Source: a bacterium (GTDB taxonomy: Bacteria; Patescibacteriota; Saccharimonadia; Saccharimonadales; JAUPVS01). From it: a stretch of DNA of 64,000 nt. Of this stretch, positions 36,324 through 45,354 are shown in pieces. The translations under genes and the position numbers were made by a program. Below the pieces are notes generated by a model. That model saw nothing but the letters and a program-made list of their open reading frames with translations, searched no databases and had not been told where the DNA came from. The number at the start of each line of letters is the position of its first letter. Positions within the stretch are counted from its first letter, which is position 1. The stretch is from assembly GCA_029780855.1 (NCBI GenBank), contig JAKOXV010000013.1:28873-92872 (forward strand), given 5' to 3'.

Positions 36324-37349
36324 ATGAGTAAACAAGTTATATTAACGGGCCTGAGGGCCAATAATGACTTACACCTTGGCAATTACCTTGGTGCATTGCT
36401 CCCTATGGTTGATTTACAAAAGAAATACGCTGGTGAGTACCAAATAAACCTATTTGTCCCTGATTTACACAGTTTTACTACTCCGATTGACCATAGCAAA
36501 CTCTATGAACAGACGATGCATAATCTGAAATTGTTTGTTGCTGCCGGGCTTGATATTGAAAATAGTGACACGTATATCTACCGGCAAAGTTATATCCCAG
36601 CCCATAGCGAGCTCACCGTTATACTCAATAGCTTCACGTACATGGGTGAACTCTCGAGAATGACTCAGTTTAAAGAAAAAGGAGAAGGTAAGCAGAATGT
36701 ATCGGCCGGATTATTTGATTATCCTGTTTTGATGGCGGCAGATATTTTGCTATACGGCGCAATGTACGTACCGGTTGGGGCAGATCAAACCCAGCACGTA
36801 GAATTGACGCGTAATATTGCTATTCGTATGAATAATAAGTTCGGCGAACTATTTACGCCACCAGTGGAAATAAAGAAACAGCTAGAATTTATGTCACAAA
36901 ATGAACGTTTACGGATCCGTGATCTAGTCCAGCCAACGAAAAAAATGAGTAAATCAGACGAATCAGGTATGGGTGTGATATTTTTGAGTGACTCACCAGA
37001 AATCGCGGCGAAAAAGATCATGGGAGCTACCACGGATAGTATGGGTAAAGTCCAGTACGATTATGAAACACAGCCAGGTGTAAGCAATCTTTTGGACATG
37101 CTTGCTACACTGTCTAATGAACCGATTGGTAATGTCGTAAAACGTTATGAAGGCCAAGTCCAATACGGGCCGCTCAAAAAAGATGTGGCAGAGGCTGTAA
37201 AAACGTTTTTGACAGACTTTCAGGGTAAACTTGCAAATGTTAATACAGATAAACTGATGCATAAGCTTGAATCAAGCGAAGCTGAAATGAATGTTATGGC
37301 AAATAGCACCCTCACTAAAGTACAAAAAGCCGTAGGCCTGCGCCAGTAA
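36324..37349 (+). CDS. trpS: Tryptophanyl-tRNA synthetase
   Basis: 341 aa, class I aaRS, with a HIGH-type motif (DLHLGNYLG) and KMSKS (KKMSKSD). Confidence 0.95.
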   Translation: MSKQVILTGLRANNDLHLGNYLGALLPMVDLQKKYAGEYQINLFVPDLHSFTTPIDHSKLYEQTMHNLKLFVAAGLDIENSDTYIYRQSYIPAHSELTVILNSFTYMGELSRMTQFKEKGEGKQNVSAGLFDYPVLMAADILLYGAMYVPVGADQTQHVELTRNIAIRMNNKFGELFTPPVEIKKQLEFMSQNERLRIRDLVQPTKKMSKSDESGMGVIFLSDSPEIAAKKIMGATTDSMGKVQYDYETQPGVSNLLDMLATLSNEPIGNVVKRYEGQVQYGPLKKDVAEAVKTFLTDFQGKLANVNTDKLMHKLESSEAEMNVMANSTLTKVQKAVGLRQ

Positions 37350-37355
37350 CACAAA

Positions 37356-38216
37356 ATGAAATTAGTCGTACCTGAATCAGCTGTAAAACACCGACTTGAT
37401 GTGTTCGTGACTGAAGAGATTGGATCGGTTAGTCGGGCATTTATCGGAAAATTGTGTGACGACGGCAAGATACTAGTTAATGGATCTTCAGTCAAGAATG
37501 GATACAAGCTCAAAGTGAGGGATATTATAGCAATTGACTACGACTTCGAGCGGTTACAGCAAATACCAACTATTGAATTGCCGATACTATACGAGGATGA
37601 AGATTGTATAGTTTTAAACAAACCAGAAGGAGTGTTAACACACAGCAAGGGGGCATTTAATCCGGAAGGTACGGTAGCCACATTTATAGCGCCTAGAATT
37701 ACCGGTATGGATGGCGATAGAGCCGGAATAGTTCACAGGCTCGATCGACTAACCTCTGGTGTGCTTATTGCTGCTAAGAACCGTGCAGCACTCGCCTGGC
37801 TCCAAAAACAGTTCAGTGTACGAAAGGTAAAAAAGACGTACTTTGCAGTTGTTTCAGGTACCCTTGAGCAAAAGGAAGCTATTATAGACATGCCTATAGA
37901 ACGTAATCCAAAAAATCCAAAAACATTTCGGGTGGGTAGTATGGGTAAGCCGGCAGTTACAAAGTATAAAGTAGCTGCTGAGGATCACAATAAAACTTTA
38001 GTCCAGCTTACGCCTGAAACGGGGCGGACACATCAGTTACGCGTTCATCTAGCGCAACTAGGACACCCTATTGTTGGTGATCCATTTTATGGTGAAGTAG
38101 CAGCCGACCGCATGTATTTGCATGCTGAAAGCTTAGAAATAACCTTACCTTCTAGACAAAGAAAAACGTTTGTTGCGCCTCTACCAGACAGCTTTCGCGC
38201 TATACTTAACTCATGA
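37356..38216 (+). CDS. rluD: RluA-family 23S rRNA pseudouridine synthase (RluD-like) with S4 domain
   Basis: 286 aa with the catalytic motif HRLDRLTSG and an N-terminal S4-like domain. Confidence 0.85.
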   Translation: MKLVVPESAVKHRLDVFVTEEIGSVSRAFIGKLCDDGKILVNGSSVKNGYKLKVRDIIAIDYDFERLQQIPTIELPILYEDEDCIVLNKPEGVLTHSKGAFNPEGTVATFIAPRITGMDGDRAGIVHRLDRLTSGVLIAAKNRAALAWLQKQFSVRKVKKTYFAVVSGTLEQKEAIIDMPIERNPKNPKTFRVGSMGKPAVTKYKVAAEDHNKTLVQLTPETGRTHQLRVHLAQLGHPIVGDPFYGEVAADRMYLHAESLEITLPSRQRKTFVAPLPDSFRAILNS

Positions 38217-39082
38217 ATGGACTACTTCTGCATGAGCGCAGTAAACACGAACTAAGTGAGTTCCTGCTTTACCCAAAACAAAGTATTTTGATTGTAGGCC
38301 CCAAAGGTAGCGGAAAACATTCGGTTGCGAAAGTCTTAGTGGCTACCATATTAGGAATTGAGCAAAACAAAGTACACGAACATCAATCGGTACTGTATAT
38401 TTCTGCCGAAAAATCCACCATATCAATAGATGCTATACGAAGGAGCCAAGAGTTTGTCCGGCTAAAAACAGCAGGAAAGGGAAAGATTAGGCGAATTATA
38501 TTTGTTGATGGAGCGCACCATATGACAAAAGAAGCCCAAAATGCATTTTTAAAGCTATTAGAGGAGCCCCCAGAAGATTGTATGATCGTTATGACTACTG
38601 ATAGTCAGGATGCGCTTCTGGCTACAATCCGCTCGCGCACCAATACGTTGCTCCTAAAGCCTCCCTCCAAAGAAACTTCTAGTAGCTATTTTATGGAAAA
38701 AGGTCACAGTACTGATGAAGTACATAAAGCCTACCTTCTTTCCAGGGGCTACGCAGGACTTATGACGACGATTCTCGAACACACCACTGACGACGCTACG
38801 CTAGCTTCTCTAGAAACAGCAAAACAATTTTTGGTTTCAAAAAAATTCGAGCGTTTAGTGATTGCAGATACGGTTGCTAAAAAAAGTTCCGATTTAACAA
38901 GCTTTTTATGGGGATTGCAACGCATTTGTGATGCTGCGCTTCACCAAGCAATTATTAATAGATCTGATACGCAAATAAGATATTGGATCAAAGCATCGAA
39001 ACTTGCGCTTGATTCGCAAGAAACCCTAAAAGCCAATCCCAACGTTAAGTTGCTGTTAACAGATCTGGCACTTCAGCTGTAG
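38213..39082 (+). CDS. holB: DNA polymerase III delta' subunit
   Basis: 289 aa with an AAA+ clamp-loader fold (VGPKGSGKHS, AFLKLLEEPP, TIRSRT). ATGA overlap with rluD. Confidence 0.8.
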   Translation: MNGLLLHERSKHELSEFLLYPKQSILIVGPKGSGKHSVAKVLVATILGIEQNKVHEHQSVLYISAEKSTISIDAIRRSQEFVRLKTAGKGKIRRIIFVDGAHHMTKEAQNAFLKLLEEPPEDCMIVMTTDSQDALLATIRSRTNTLLLKPPSKETSSSYFMEKGHSTDEVHKAYLLSRGYAGLMTTILEHTTDDATLASLETAKQFLVSKKFERLVIADTVAKKSSDLTSFLWGLQRICDAALHQAIINRSDTQIRYWIKASKLALDSQETLKANPNVKLLLTDLALQL

Positions 39083-39110
39083 GTAAGGCCATGATATACT
39101 TTATCTCACG

Positions 39111-39764
39111 ATGCTTGAACTAGCACTTTTAGCCGGATTTGGCTTCTTAGTATTTCGGAATACAAAATTACGAGATGACGAACTTTCGCCGCTACCTCGT
39201 AAGATTTCTGATAAACTCGGAAAACTCTGGGACATCGCCCACCAAGGAATGCGGGAAAACCGGTTTTTACGCGCTGAAAAAGCACTGCTTACTATACTCA
39301 AGATAGATGAAAAGAATGCCGCTGCATACAATCGCTTAGGTATTCTCTACGCTAAACAAAAAGAGTATAAAGATGCAATCGATTGTTTTGAGATAGCCAG
39401 CAGTATAGAGGCAACCGCTTCAAGTCTGCACAACCTTGGACTTATATACTACGAAACCGAGAACTACCAAAAAGCGGCCCTAGCTTTTGAACAAGCATTA
39501 AAGATGGAAGATTCATTGGCCGCCCGGCACATCGCCTATGCCAAGGTTTTAGAGAAACTTGGTTCCGATAAACTAATGTTCGAACAGCTACATAAAGCAA
39601 TTGAGCTTGAGCCGAACAAAGAATCGTATATGCTACTCCTTAAAGCATACGAGGCTCATGGTATGCAGGCTGAAGCAGACCAGTTGGCAAGTAAGCTCAA
39701 AAAGCTAGTAGTGCCAGCTGGGAGGCCAAAGCGCGTATTGCGGCCGAGGAAAGTAGTTATTTGA
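39111..39764 (+). CDS. Tetratricopeptide-repeat protein with N-terminal TM helix
   Basis: 217 aa with TPR repeats (AAYNRLGILYAKQKEYKDAIDCF, HNLGLIYYETENYQKAALAFEQAL). An extended -10 TGaTATACT at 39092-39100 lies 10 nt upstream. Confidence 0.75.
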   Translation: MLELALLAGFGFLVFRNTKLRDDELSPLPRKISDKLGKLWDIAHQGMRENRFLRAEKALLTILKIDEKNAAAYNRLGILYAKQKEYKDAIDCFEIASSIEATASSLHNLGLIYYETENYQKAALAFEQALKMEDSLAARHIAYAKVLEKLGSDKLMFEQLHKAIELEPNKESYMLLLKAYEAHGMQAEADQLASKLKKLVVPAGRPKRVLRPRKVVI

Positions 39765-40363
39765 TGGTTGAGTCTTTTGAGGACTATATTTCAGAAGACA
39801 TTATCATTTCTGTTTTACCTGGTGGGCGACTACCTGAGCGCAAATCAGAAGGTGCTATAGGTTATGATACATACGTGCGGGCTATAGTAGACCCGTATGA
39901 AATGAATGACCAAGATCCTAGATTGCGCAAAACAATTTTTGATTTCGAAGAAGTTCCAGAGAGCCCGGCATTGCAAGAACATATTGTTCCAGATCCAGAC
40001 GAAGAAAACCTTTGGGCGTATGAACTGCATCCTGCTGAATCGGTTCTAATTGGTATCGGCTTTGCCACTCAGATGGAATTACCTGGGTACTACTGGGTTG
40101 CTCCACGCAGTGGTCTTGCATCTAAACATCGTATTACCCTTGGTAATGCTCCTGGTACGGTAGACGCAGACTATCGAGGTGAGGCTGGTGTGATCGTTAA
40201 GAATGAGTCAAATAAGCCATTTTTAATCCAACGTGAGCTAAGGATTGCCCAAATAGTCTTTGCTAAGGGAGAGATTGTATCAATGAAAGAAGTTCCATTT
40301 GACCAGCTGGGCGAAACTGAACGTTCTGCAGGTGGCTTTGGGTCAACAGGGTTTAAAGACTAG
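39764..40363 (+). CDS. dut: dUTP diphosphatase (trimeric dUTPase family) with ~50-aa insertion
   Basis: Motifs PRSGLASKH, GTVDADYRGE, RIAQIVF and the C-terminal GGFGSTG. I prefer ATG 39764, which overlaps the upstream stop (TGATG). Confidence 0.85.
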   Translation: MVESFEDYISEDIIISVLPGGRLPERKSEGAIGYDTYVRAIVDPYEMNDQDPRLRKTIFDFEEVPESPALQEHIVPDPDEENLWAYELHPAESVLIGIGFATQMELPGYYWVAPRSGLASKHRITLGNAPGTVDADYRGEAGVIVKNESNKPFLIQRELRIAQIVFAKGEIVSMKEVPFDQLGETERSAGGFGSTGFKD

Positions 40364-40410
40364 CTTTTCATTGAAAATTACTCCGTTATCTGGTAAACTT
40401 TTGCAGTTAC

Positions 40411-40487
40411 GCCACCTTAGCTCAGTTGGTTAGAGCGACGGTTTTGTAAACCGTAGGTCGTCGGTTCGAATCCGACAGGTGGCTCCA
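40411..40487 (+). tRNA. tRNA-Thr (anticodon UGU), CCA encoded
   Basis: Acceptor gccacct / aggtggc, anticodon loop tttgtaa, T-arm ggttcgaatcc. Confidence 0.92.
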
Positions 40488-40600
40488 GAGTGGTTCAGAT
40501 GCATTTGCGAGAGTATCCGAACTACGTAGAGACTTCTGCCACTGTGAGGGCAGTTCAAGAAGGTGTTACAATAACGGAGTGCTTTTTGCTCCGTTTTTGC

Positions 40601-40686
40601 GCAGGGGTAGTGAAGCGGTCAAACACGGCAGACTGTAAATCTGCTGGCATATGCCTTCGGGGGTTCGAATCCCTCCCCCTGCACCA
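40601..40686 (+). tRNA. tRNA-Tyr (anticodon GUA), long variable arm, CCA encoded
   Basis: Acceptor gcagggg / cccctgc, anticodon stem-loop gcaga-ctgtaaa-tctgc, T-arm gggttcgaatccc. Confidence 0.9.
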
Positions 40687-40822
40687 GAGACCTGGAAGTA
40701 GCTGTTGTTACTGGCGGGTCTCTTTTGTATTAGAGAGGAAGTCGAAAGAAATTGTCCAGCTTACAAAAGCACAACATAAGCTTCTTTAAGTAGCGTTCCA
40801 TATCTGTTATATTTAGTGAGAA

Positions 40823-41170
40823 ATGGAGCAAAACAAAAACGACAACCGGTCGTGGTTCCGCGTTCATATAGTTAATGGCGAAATCGCAAAACTGATCGTG
40901 AAAGCATCTGATGAAGATGCAGCGTACTTGAAGGTAGAACAATATTGTGAAGAAAATCCGTGGTTGGGGATAGTTCCTTTTGATGAACCTCTAGCAGCGC
41001 ATCTTGCAGCTAAGCCGCTAGATCCTATTGAGGAAGATTACTACAATACTGTTGGTGAATGGAATGGAACCGTTAAGTTACAAGAAGTTCGATACCATCA
41101 GCCACTGGAGGTACAGAAACCAGTGCAGAGATCAATAGGGCAGTTAGCCCTACAATTCCCCCTATTCTAA
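40823..41170 (+). CDS. Hypothetical 115-aa protein inside the tRNA cluster
   Basis: ORF with SD-like gtgagaa upstream. No recognisable family. Confidence 0.45.
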   Translation: MEQNKNDNRSWFRVHIVNGEIAKLIVKASDEDAAYLKVEQYCEENPWLGIVPFDEPLAAHLAAKPLDPIEEDYYNTVGEWNGTVKLQEVRYHQPLEVQKPVQRSIGQLALQFPLF

Positions 41171-41207
41171 TTTACTGCTTTTTCTGTTAAAATCACCTAG
41201 TATTTAC

Positions 41208-41282
<75 letters not shown>

Positions 41283-41340
41283 TTTTCAAGTACTGAAAAA
41301 TGGCTTGAATAATTAGTTCTTATCTGTTAGGATATAATTT

Positions 41341-41544
41341 ATGGCTAAAAAAGGCGACAAGAGAAAGATTATTGGTTTGGTGTGCGAAGAAAGCGGACAT
41401 CGGCACTACTATACTGTCAAAAATACTCAGAATACACCCGATAAACTCCGCCTTCGAAAATACAATCCTGTTCTTAGAAAACATACGTGGTACAGTGAAA
41501 CCAAGAAAAACCTTGGACGAAACGAAGTAAAAGGCCGCAAATAG
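41341..41544 (+). CDS. rpmG: 50S ribosomal protein L33 (bL33) with C-terminal extension
   Basis: 67 aa with a bL33 core (IIGLVCEESGHRHYYTVKNTQNTPDKLRLRKYNPVLRKHT) and an extra ~12 aa. Confidence 0.88.
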   Translation: MAKKGDKRKIIGLVCEESGHRHYYTVKNTQNTPDKLRLRKYNPVLRKHTWYSETKKNLGRNEVKGRK

Positions 41545-41556
41545 CGGTCTTTTTTT
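41533..41556 (+). terminator. Rho-independent terminator overlapping the rpmG stop
   Basis: Stem ggccgc / gcggtc (one G-U) with a 5-nt loop and a T7 run. Confidence 0.6.
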
Positions 41557-41774
41557 ATGCTAGTGACACAAAAAAGACATATCACAACACCAGATGTAGT
41601 GTTGTAATATTGTAATGCCCCACTAGGGTAAGCATAGGTATTTTCTTGACATAGATTTTCAGTTTAGTAAGCTAGTCTTTGTGTCTTTTTACGTGTGAGG
41701 TGAAAAGTACACAAAATCCTACTGCGAATAATTCAGCTTCATTACAAATTAAGTAAACCATTTGATTATATTGA

Positions 41775-42431
<657 letters not shown>

Positions 42432-42453
42432 TAGCATAGCCAACTACTCAATT

Positions 42454-42492
42454 AAATCCGGACGTACTCAACACTGCGTTCGGATTTTTGTG
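42454..42492 (+). terminator. Rho-independent terminator after the LysM/Rpf gene
   Basis: An 11-bp stem aaatccggacg / cgttcggattt (one G-U) with a 12-nt loop, then tttttgtgtg. Confidence 0.7.
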
Positions 42493-42662
42493 TGTTTAAC
42501 TGGAATGAATAAGCTTTTGTTGATGGGCAGTGAGATGCGTGGAAAACAGCATTTCACTTTGTGCTCGGAGCTAGCTCCTGCGCACAAAGCTAATGAACTA
42601 GCCCAAGATTGCGCCCGCTTTCACGGGCTATCGTGGCTCGCTCCAAGAGTCAGCAATATAAA

Positions 42663-42685
42663 AAGACCTGCCGTTGGCAGATCTT
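42663..42685 (-). terminator. Terminator hairpin downstream of tRNA-Trp (minus strand)
   Basis: A 10-position stem aagacctgcc / ggcagatctt (one mismatch) with a 3-nt loop. The minus-strand reading ends in ttttatatt. Confidence 0.55.
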
Positions 42686-42692
42686 CTTATAT

Positions 42693-42767
42693 TGGCAGGG
42701 GCACGTGGAATCGAACCACGATCTAGGGTTTTGGAGACCCTCATACTAGCCGTTGTACTATGCCCCT
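42693..42767 (-). tRNA. tRNA-Trp (anticodon CCA), CCA 3' end encoded
   Basis: The reverse complement gives acceptor aggggca / tgcccct, anticodon stem-loop agggt-ctccaaa-accct, and T-arm tggttcgattcca. Confidence 0.92.
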
Positions 42768-42853
42768 ATAACTCCGCTATAGTACTGTAAAAATTATTTT
42801 TTGTCACTTACTACCGCTTCCAAAAGAGCCTCAAATCTGTTATACATATAGCA

Positions 42854-43507
42854 ATGAGCAAACTTACGACCACTAAACCCGTGCTAATAATGCTGTACGG
42901 TTTTCCAGGAGCCGGCAAAACCCATTTTGCTGATGAGTTTGCTACTACCCTTGGTGCCGCACATGTTCAGGGTGACCGAATCAGACATGAGCTATTTGAA
43001 AAACCACGCTACGATAAGCAAGAAGACGATATCGTTTCTCATCTTGCTGAGTACATGGCTGAAGAGTTTTTAGCTGCTGGAGTTAGTGTGGTATTCGATG
43101 ATAATGCCTCTCGATTAGTACAGCGTAGGGCATTACGAGATATCGCCAGGAAGCAAAAAGCATCAAACCTGCTTATTTGGCTCCAGATTGATAAAGAAAG
43201 TGCTTTTCTACGCATATCCAAGCGGGATAGACGTCGTAGTGATGACAAATACGCTCGTCCGTATACCCGCACTGATTTCGAAAGCAGTATTGCAAAAATG
43301 CAGAATCCTCAAAACGAAGAGTACATCGTTATTAGCGGTAAACACACTTTTAATACCCAGAGAAGTGCTGTTCTGAAGAAAATGTATGAACTTGGTATTA
43401 TTGATTCTACAAACTTATCTCACAATGTAGCGAAACCAGGTTTAGTAAATCTTGTTCCTGCAGCCGGACGTGTAGATACGAACCGCCGAAATGTAATCAT
43501 TAGATAG
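42854..43507 (+). CDS. P-loop NTPase/kinase (AAA_33 / zeta-toxin-like nucleotide kinase fold)
   Basis: 217 aa with Walker A GFPGAGKTH near the N-terminus and Walker-B-like VVFDD. No SD; a TATACA hexamer lies 7 nt before the ATG. Confidence 0.6.
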   Translation: MSKLTTTKPVLIMLYGFPGAGKTHFADEFATTLGAAHVQGDRIRHELFEKPRYDKQEDDIVSHLAEYMAEEFLAAGVSVVFDDNASRLVQRRALRDIARKQKASNLLIWLQIDKESAFLRISKRDRRRSDDKYARPYTRTDFESSIAKMQNPQNEEYIVISGKHTFNTQRSAVLKKMYELGIIDSTNLSHNVAKPGLVNLVPAAGRVDTNRRNVIIR

Positions 43508-43516
43508 TGACGATAT

Positions 43517-44215
43517 ATGCCCGCTAAGCTGTTTGATGTGCCAGATATAGGCACTATAAGAGTCTACAAACGAAAAGGGAGCCGCAACATCCGTTTAAGC
43601 GTTACTTCTGATGGAGTTGTCAGGGTTACTATGCCATCATGGTTGCCTTACCGGTCTGCCCTAACTTTTGTACGTCAAAAACAATCTTGGATACAGCAAA
43701 ACAACACAAAGCGACTGCTGCATCATCAGCAAGTAATCGGAATTGACCACAAATTATATTTTACCCCCCATAGATCTTCGACTATTTCTTCTCAGGTTGG
43801 GGAATCTACTTTGACCATATTCTACCCCTCATCAATGACGTTTTCTGATAATGAAGTACAAGAAGCAGCGCATGTAGCCGCTAAAAAGGCGTTAAAAAAA
43901 CAGGCAATACGCATTTTGCCCGGTAGGTTGGAATCGCTTGCCGAACAAACCGGCCATACGTATAAATCGGTCAGTATCAGACACCTTAAAACTCGGTGGG
44001 GTAGCTGTAACAGCAACCAGGAAATAACCCTGAATTATTACTTGATGCAATTACCGTGGGAGCTTATCGACTATGTTTTAGTCCATGAACTGTCTCACAC
44101 CGTACATATGAACCATAGTCAGCAGTTTTGGGAGGAAGTGGCAAAGTTTCAGCCTCGCTACAAAGAAATGAAAAAACAAATAAAACAGTACCAGCCAAGT
44201 ATAATATCGGGCTAA
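43517..44215 (+). CDS. YgjP-like metal-dependent hydrolase (DUF45 / M48-type HExxH)
   Basis: 232 aa with WGSC...ITLNYYL and the zinc motif HELSHTVHMNHS, followed by FW. Confidence 0.75.
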   Translation: MPAKLFDVPDIGTIRVYKRKGSRNIRLSVTSDGVVRVTMPSWLPYRSALTFVRQKQSWIQQNNTKRLLHHQQVIGIDHKLYFTPHRSSTISSQVGESTLTIFYPSSMTFSDNEVQEAAHVAAKKALKKQAIRILPGRLESLAEQTGHTYKSVSIRHLKTRWGSCNSNQEITLNYYLMQLPWELIDYVLVHELSHTVHMNHSQQFWEEVAKFQPRYKEMKKQIKQYQPSIISG

Positions 44216-44244
44216 AAGCATTAGAAATATGCAATAATGGTTGC

Positions 44245-45354
44245 ATGGCCAAATCTGTCCAGACACCAAAACCTCAGAACGCAGAACTAGAGCATGAACG
44301 TCTCAAAAGCCTTATCAATAGTATGGCAGATGGCGTAATAGCAACAGATGAACATACTAAGATTGTGCTATACAACGGTGCGGCGCTCAATATACTTGAC
44401 CTCAACAGTGATATGTCAGGTAAAAATATTGAAGCAGTTATCAAATTAATTGATGGCAATAATCAGTCGGTAGATATTAAAAAGCTAGTTTCACAAACAA
44501 AAACTTCTACCGCAAATCGGGATTATAAATTAGTTTACCCAAGCGGTGATTCGGTCAACCTCTATTTAAGCATTGCACCGGTACATCTTGGGTATGGAGC
44601 AGCTGGGCAAAAGGGTTTCGTAGTTCTACTAAGGGACATTACTCGTGAAAAATCCCTTGAAGAAGAACGTGATGAATTTATAAGTGTTGTCAGCCACGAG
44701 CTGCGAACTCCCATTGCGATTGCTGAGGGAAATATAAGCAACGCCCTTTTTATCGCTCAAAAAGAAGCTAAAGGTAAAAAAACACCCATAATTGATGCTC
44801 TCAGCCAAGCTCACGACCAGATTAATTTCTTAGCTGGGTTAATTAATGACCTTTCTACGCTCTCCCGTGCAGAACGTGGCAAGCTGACCGTTGATGTCGA
44901 AGCGATTAATGCCCATGAGCTAATAGAAGATTTGATTAAAAACTACACACCTGAGGCGGAGAGAAAGGGTCTTAAATTGTTAAAAGACCTCGATCCCAGC
45001 CTGGAACTGTTACAATCCAGCAAACTGTACGTGCGTGAAATACTACAGAACTTCATTACCAACGCCATAAAGTACACCGAAAAAGGGAGTGTAACGATTG
45101 GTGCAAATAAAAAGGATAAAGGGATTGAATTCTTCGTCCGAGATACGGGAATTGGTATTAGCAAAAGTGACCAAGAAAAAGTTTTTGATAAGTTCTTTCG
45201 TAGCGAGGATTTCCGTACCCGTCAAAATAGCGGGACGGGATTGGGACTATACGTAACCGTTAAACTTTCCCGGATGATTCATGCGGATATTGACCTGAAA
45301 AGTGAAATCAACAAAGGTTCGACTTTTACTATTTTTATACCTGATCTACAGTAG
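44245..45354 (+). CDS. Cytoplasmic PAS-domain sensor histidine kinase (no TM, no adjacent response regulator)
   Basis: 369 aa from ATG 44245; the track start at 44128 overlaps the upstream gene. It has a PAS region, H-box SHELRTPI, N box NAIKYT, and G boxes DTGIGI and GTGLGL. Confidence 0.85.
   Translation: MAKSVQTPKPQNAELEHERLKSLINSMADGVIATDEHTKIVLYNGAALNILDLNSDMSGKNIEAVIKLIDGNNQSVDIKKLVSQTKTSTANRDYKLVYPSGDSVNLYLSIAPVHLGYGAAGQKGFVVLLRDITREKSLEEERDEFISVVSHELRTPIAIAEGNISNALFIAQKEAKGKKTPIIDALSQAHDQINFLAGLINDLSTLSRAERGKLTVDVEAINAHELIEDLIKNYTPEAERKGLKLLKDLDPSLELLQSSKLYVREILQNFITNAIKYTEKGSVTIGANKKDKGIEFFVRDTGIGISKSDQEKVFDKFFRSEDFRTRQNSGTGLGLYVTVKLSRMIHADIDLKSEINKGSTFTIFIPDLQ

Noticed and set aside
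40490-40789. 99-aa track ORF spanning the tRNA-Thr/tRNA-Tyr spacer and tRNA-Tyr
   Set aside because: It overlaps a confident tRNA-Tyr gene, so it is spurious.
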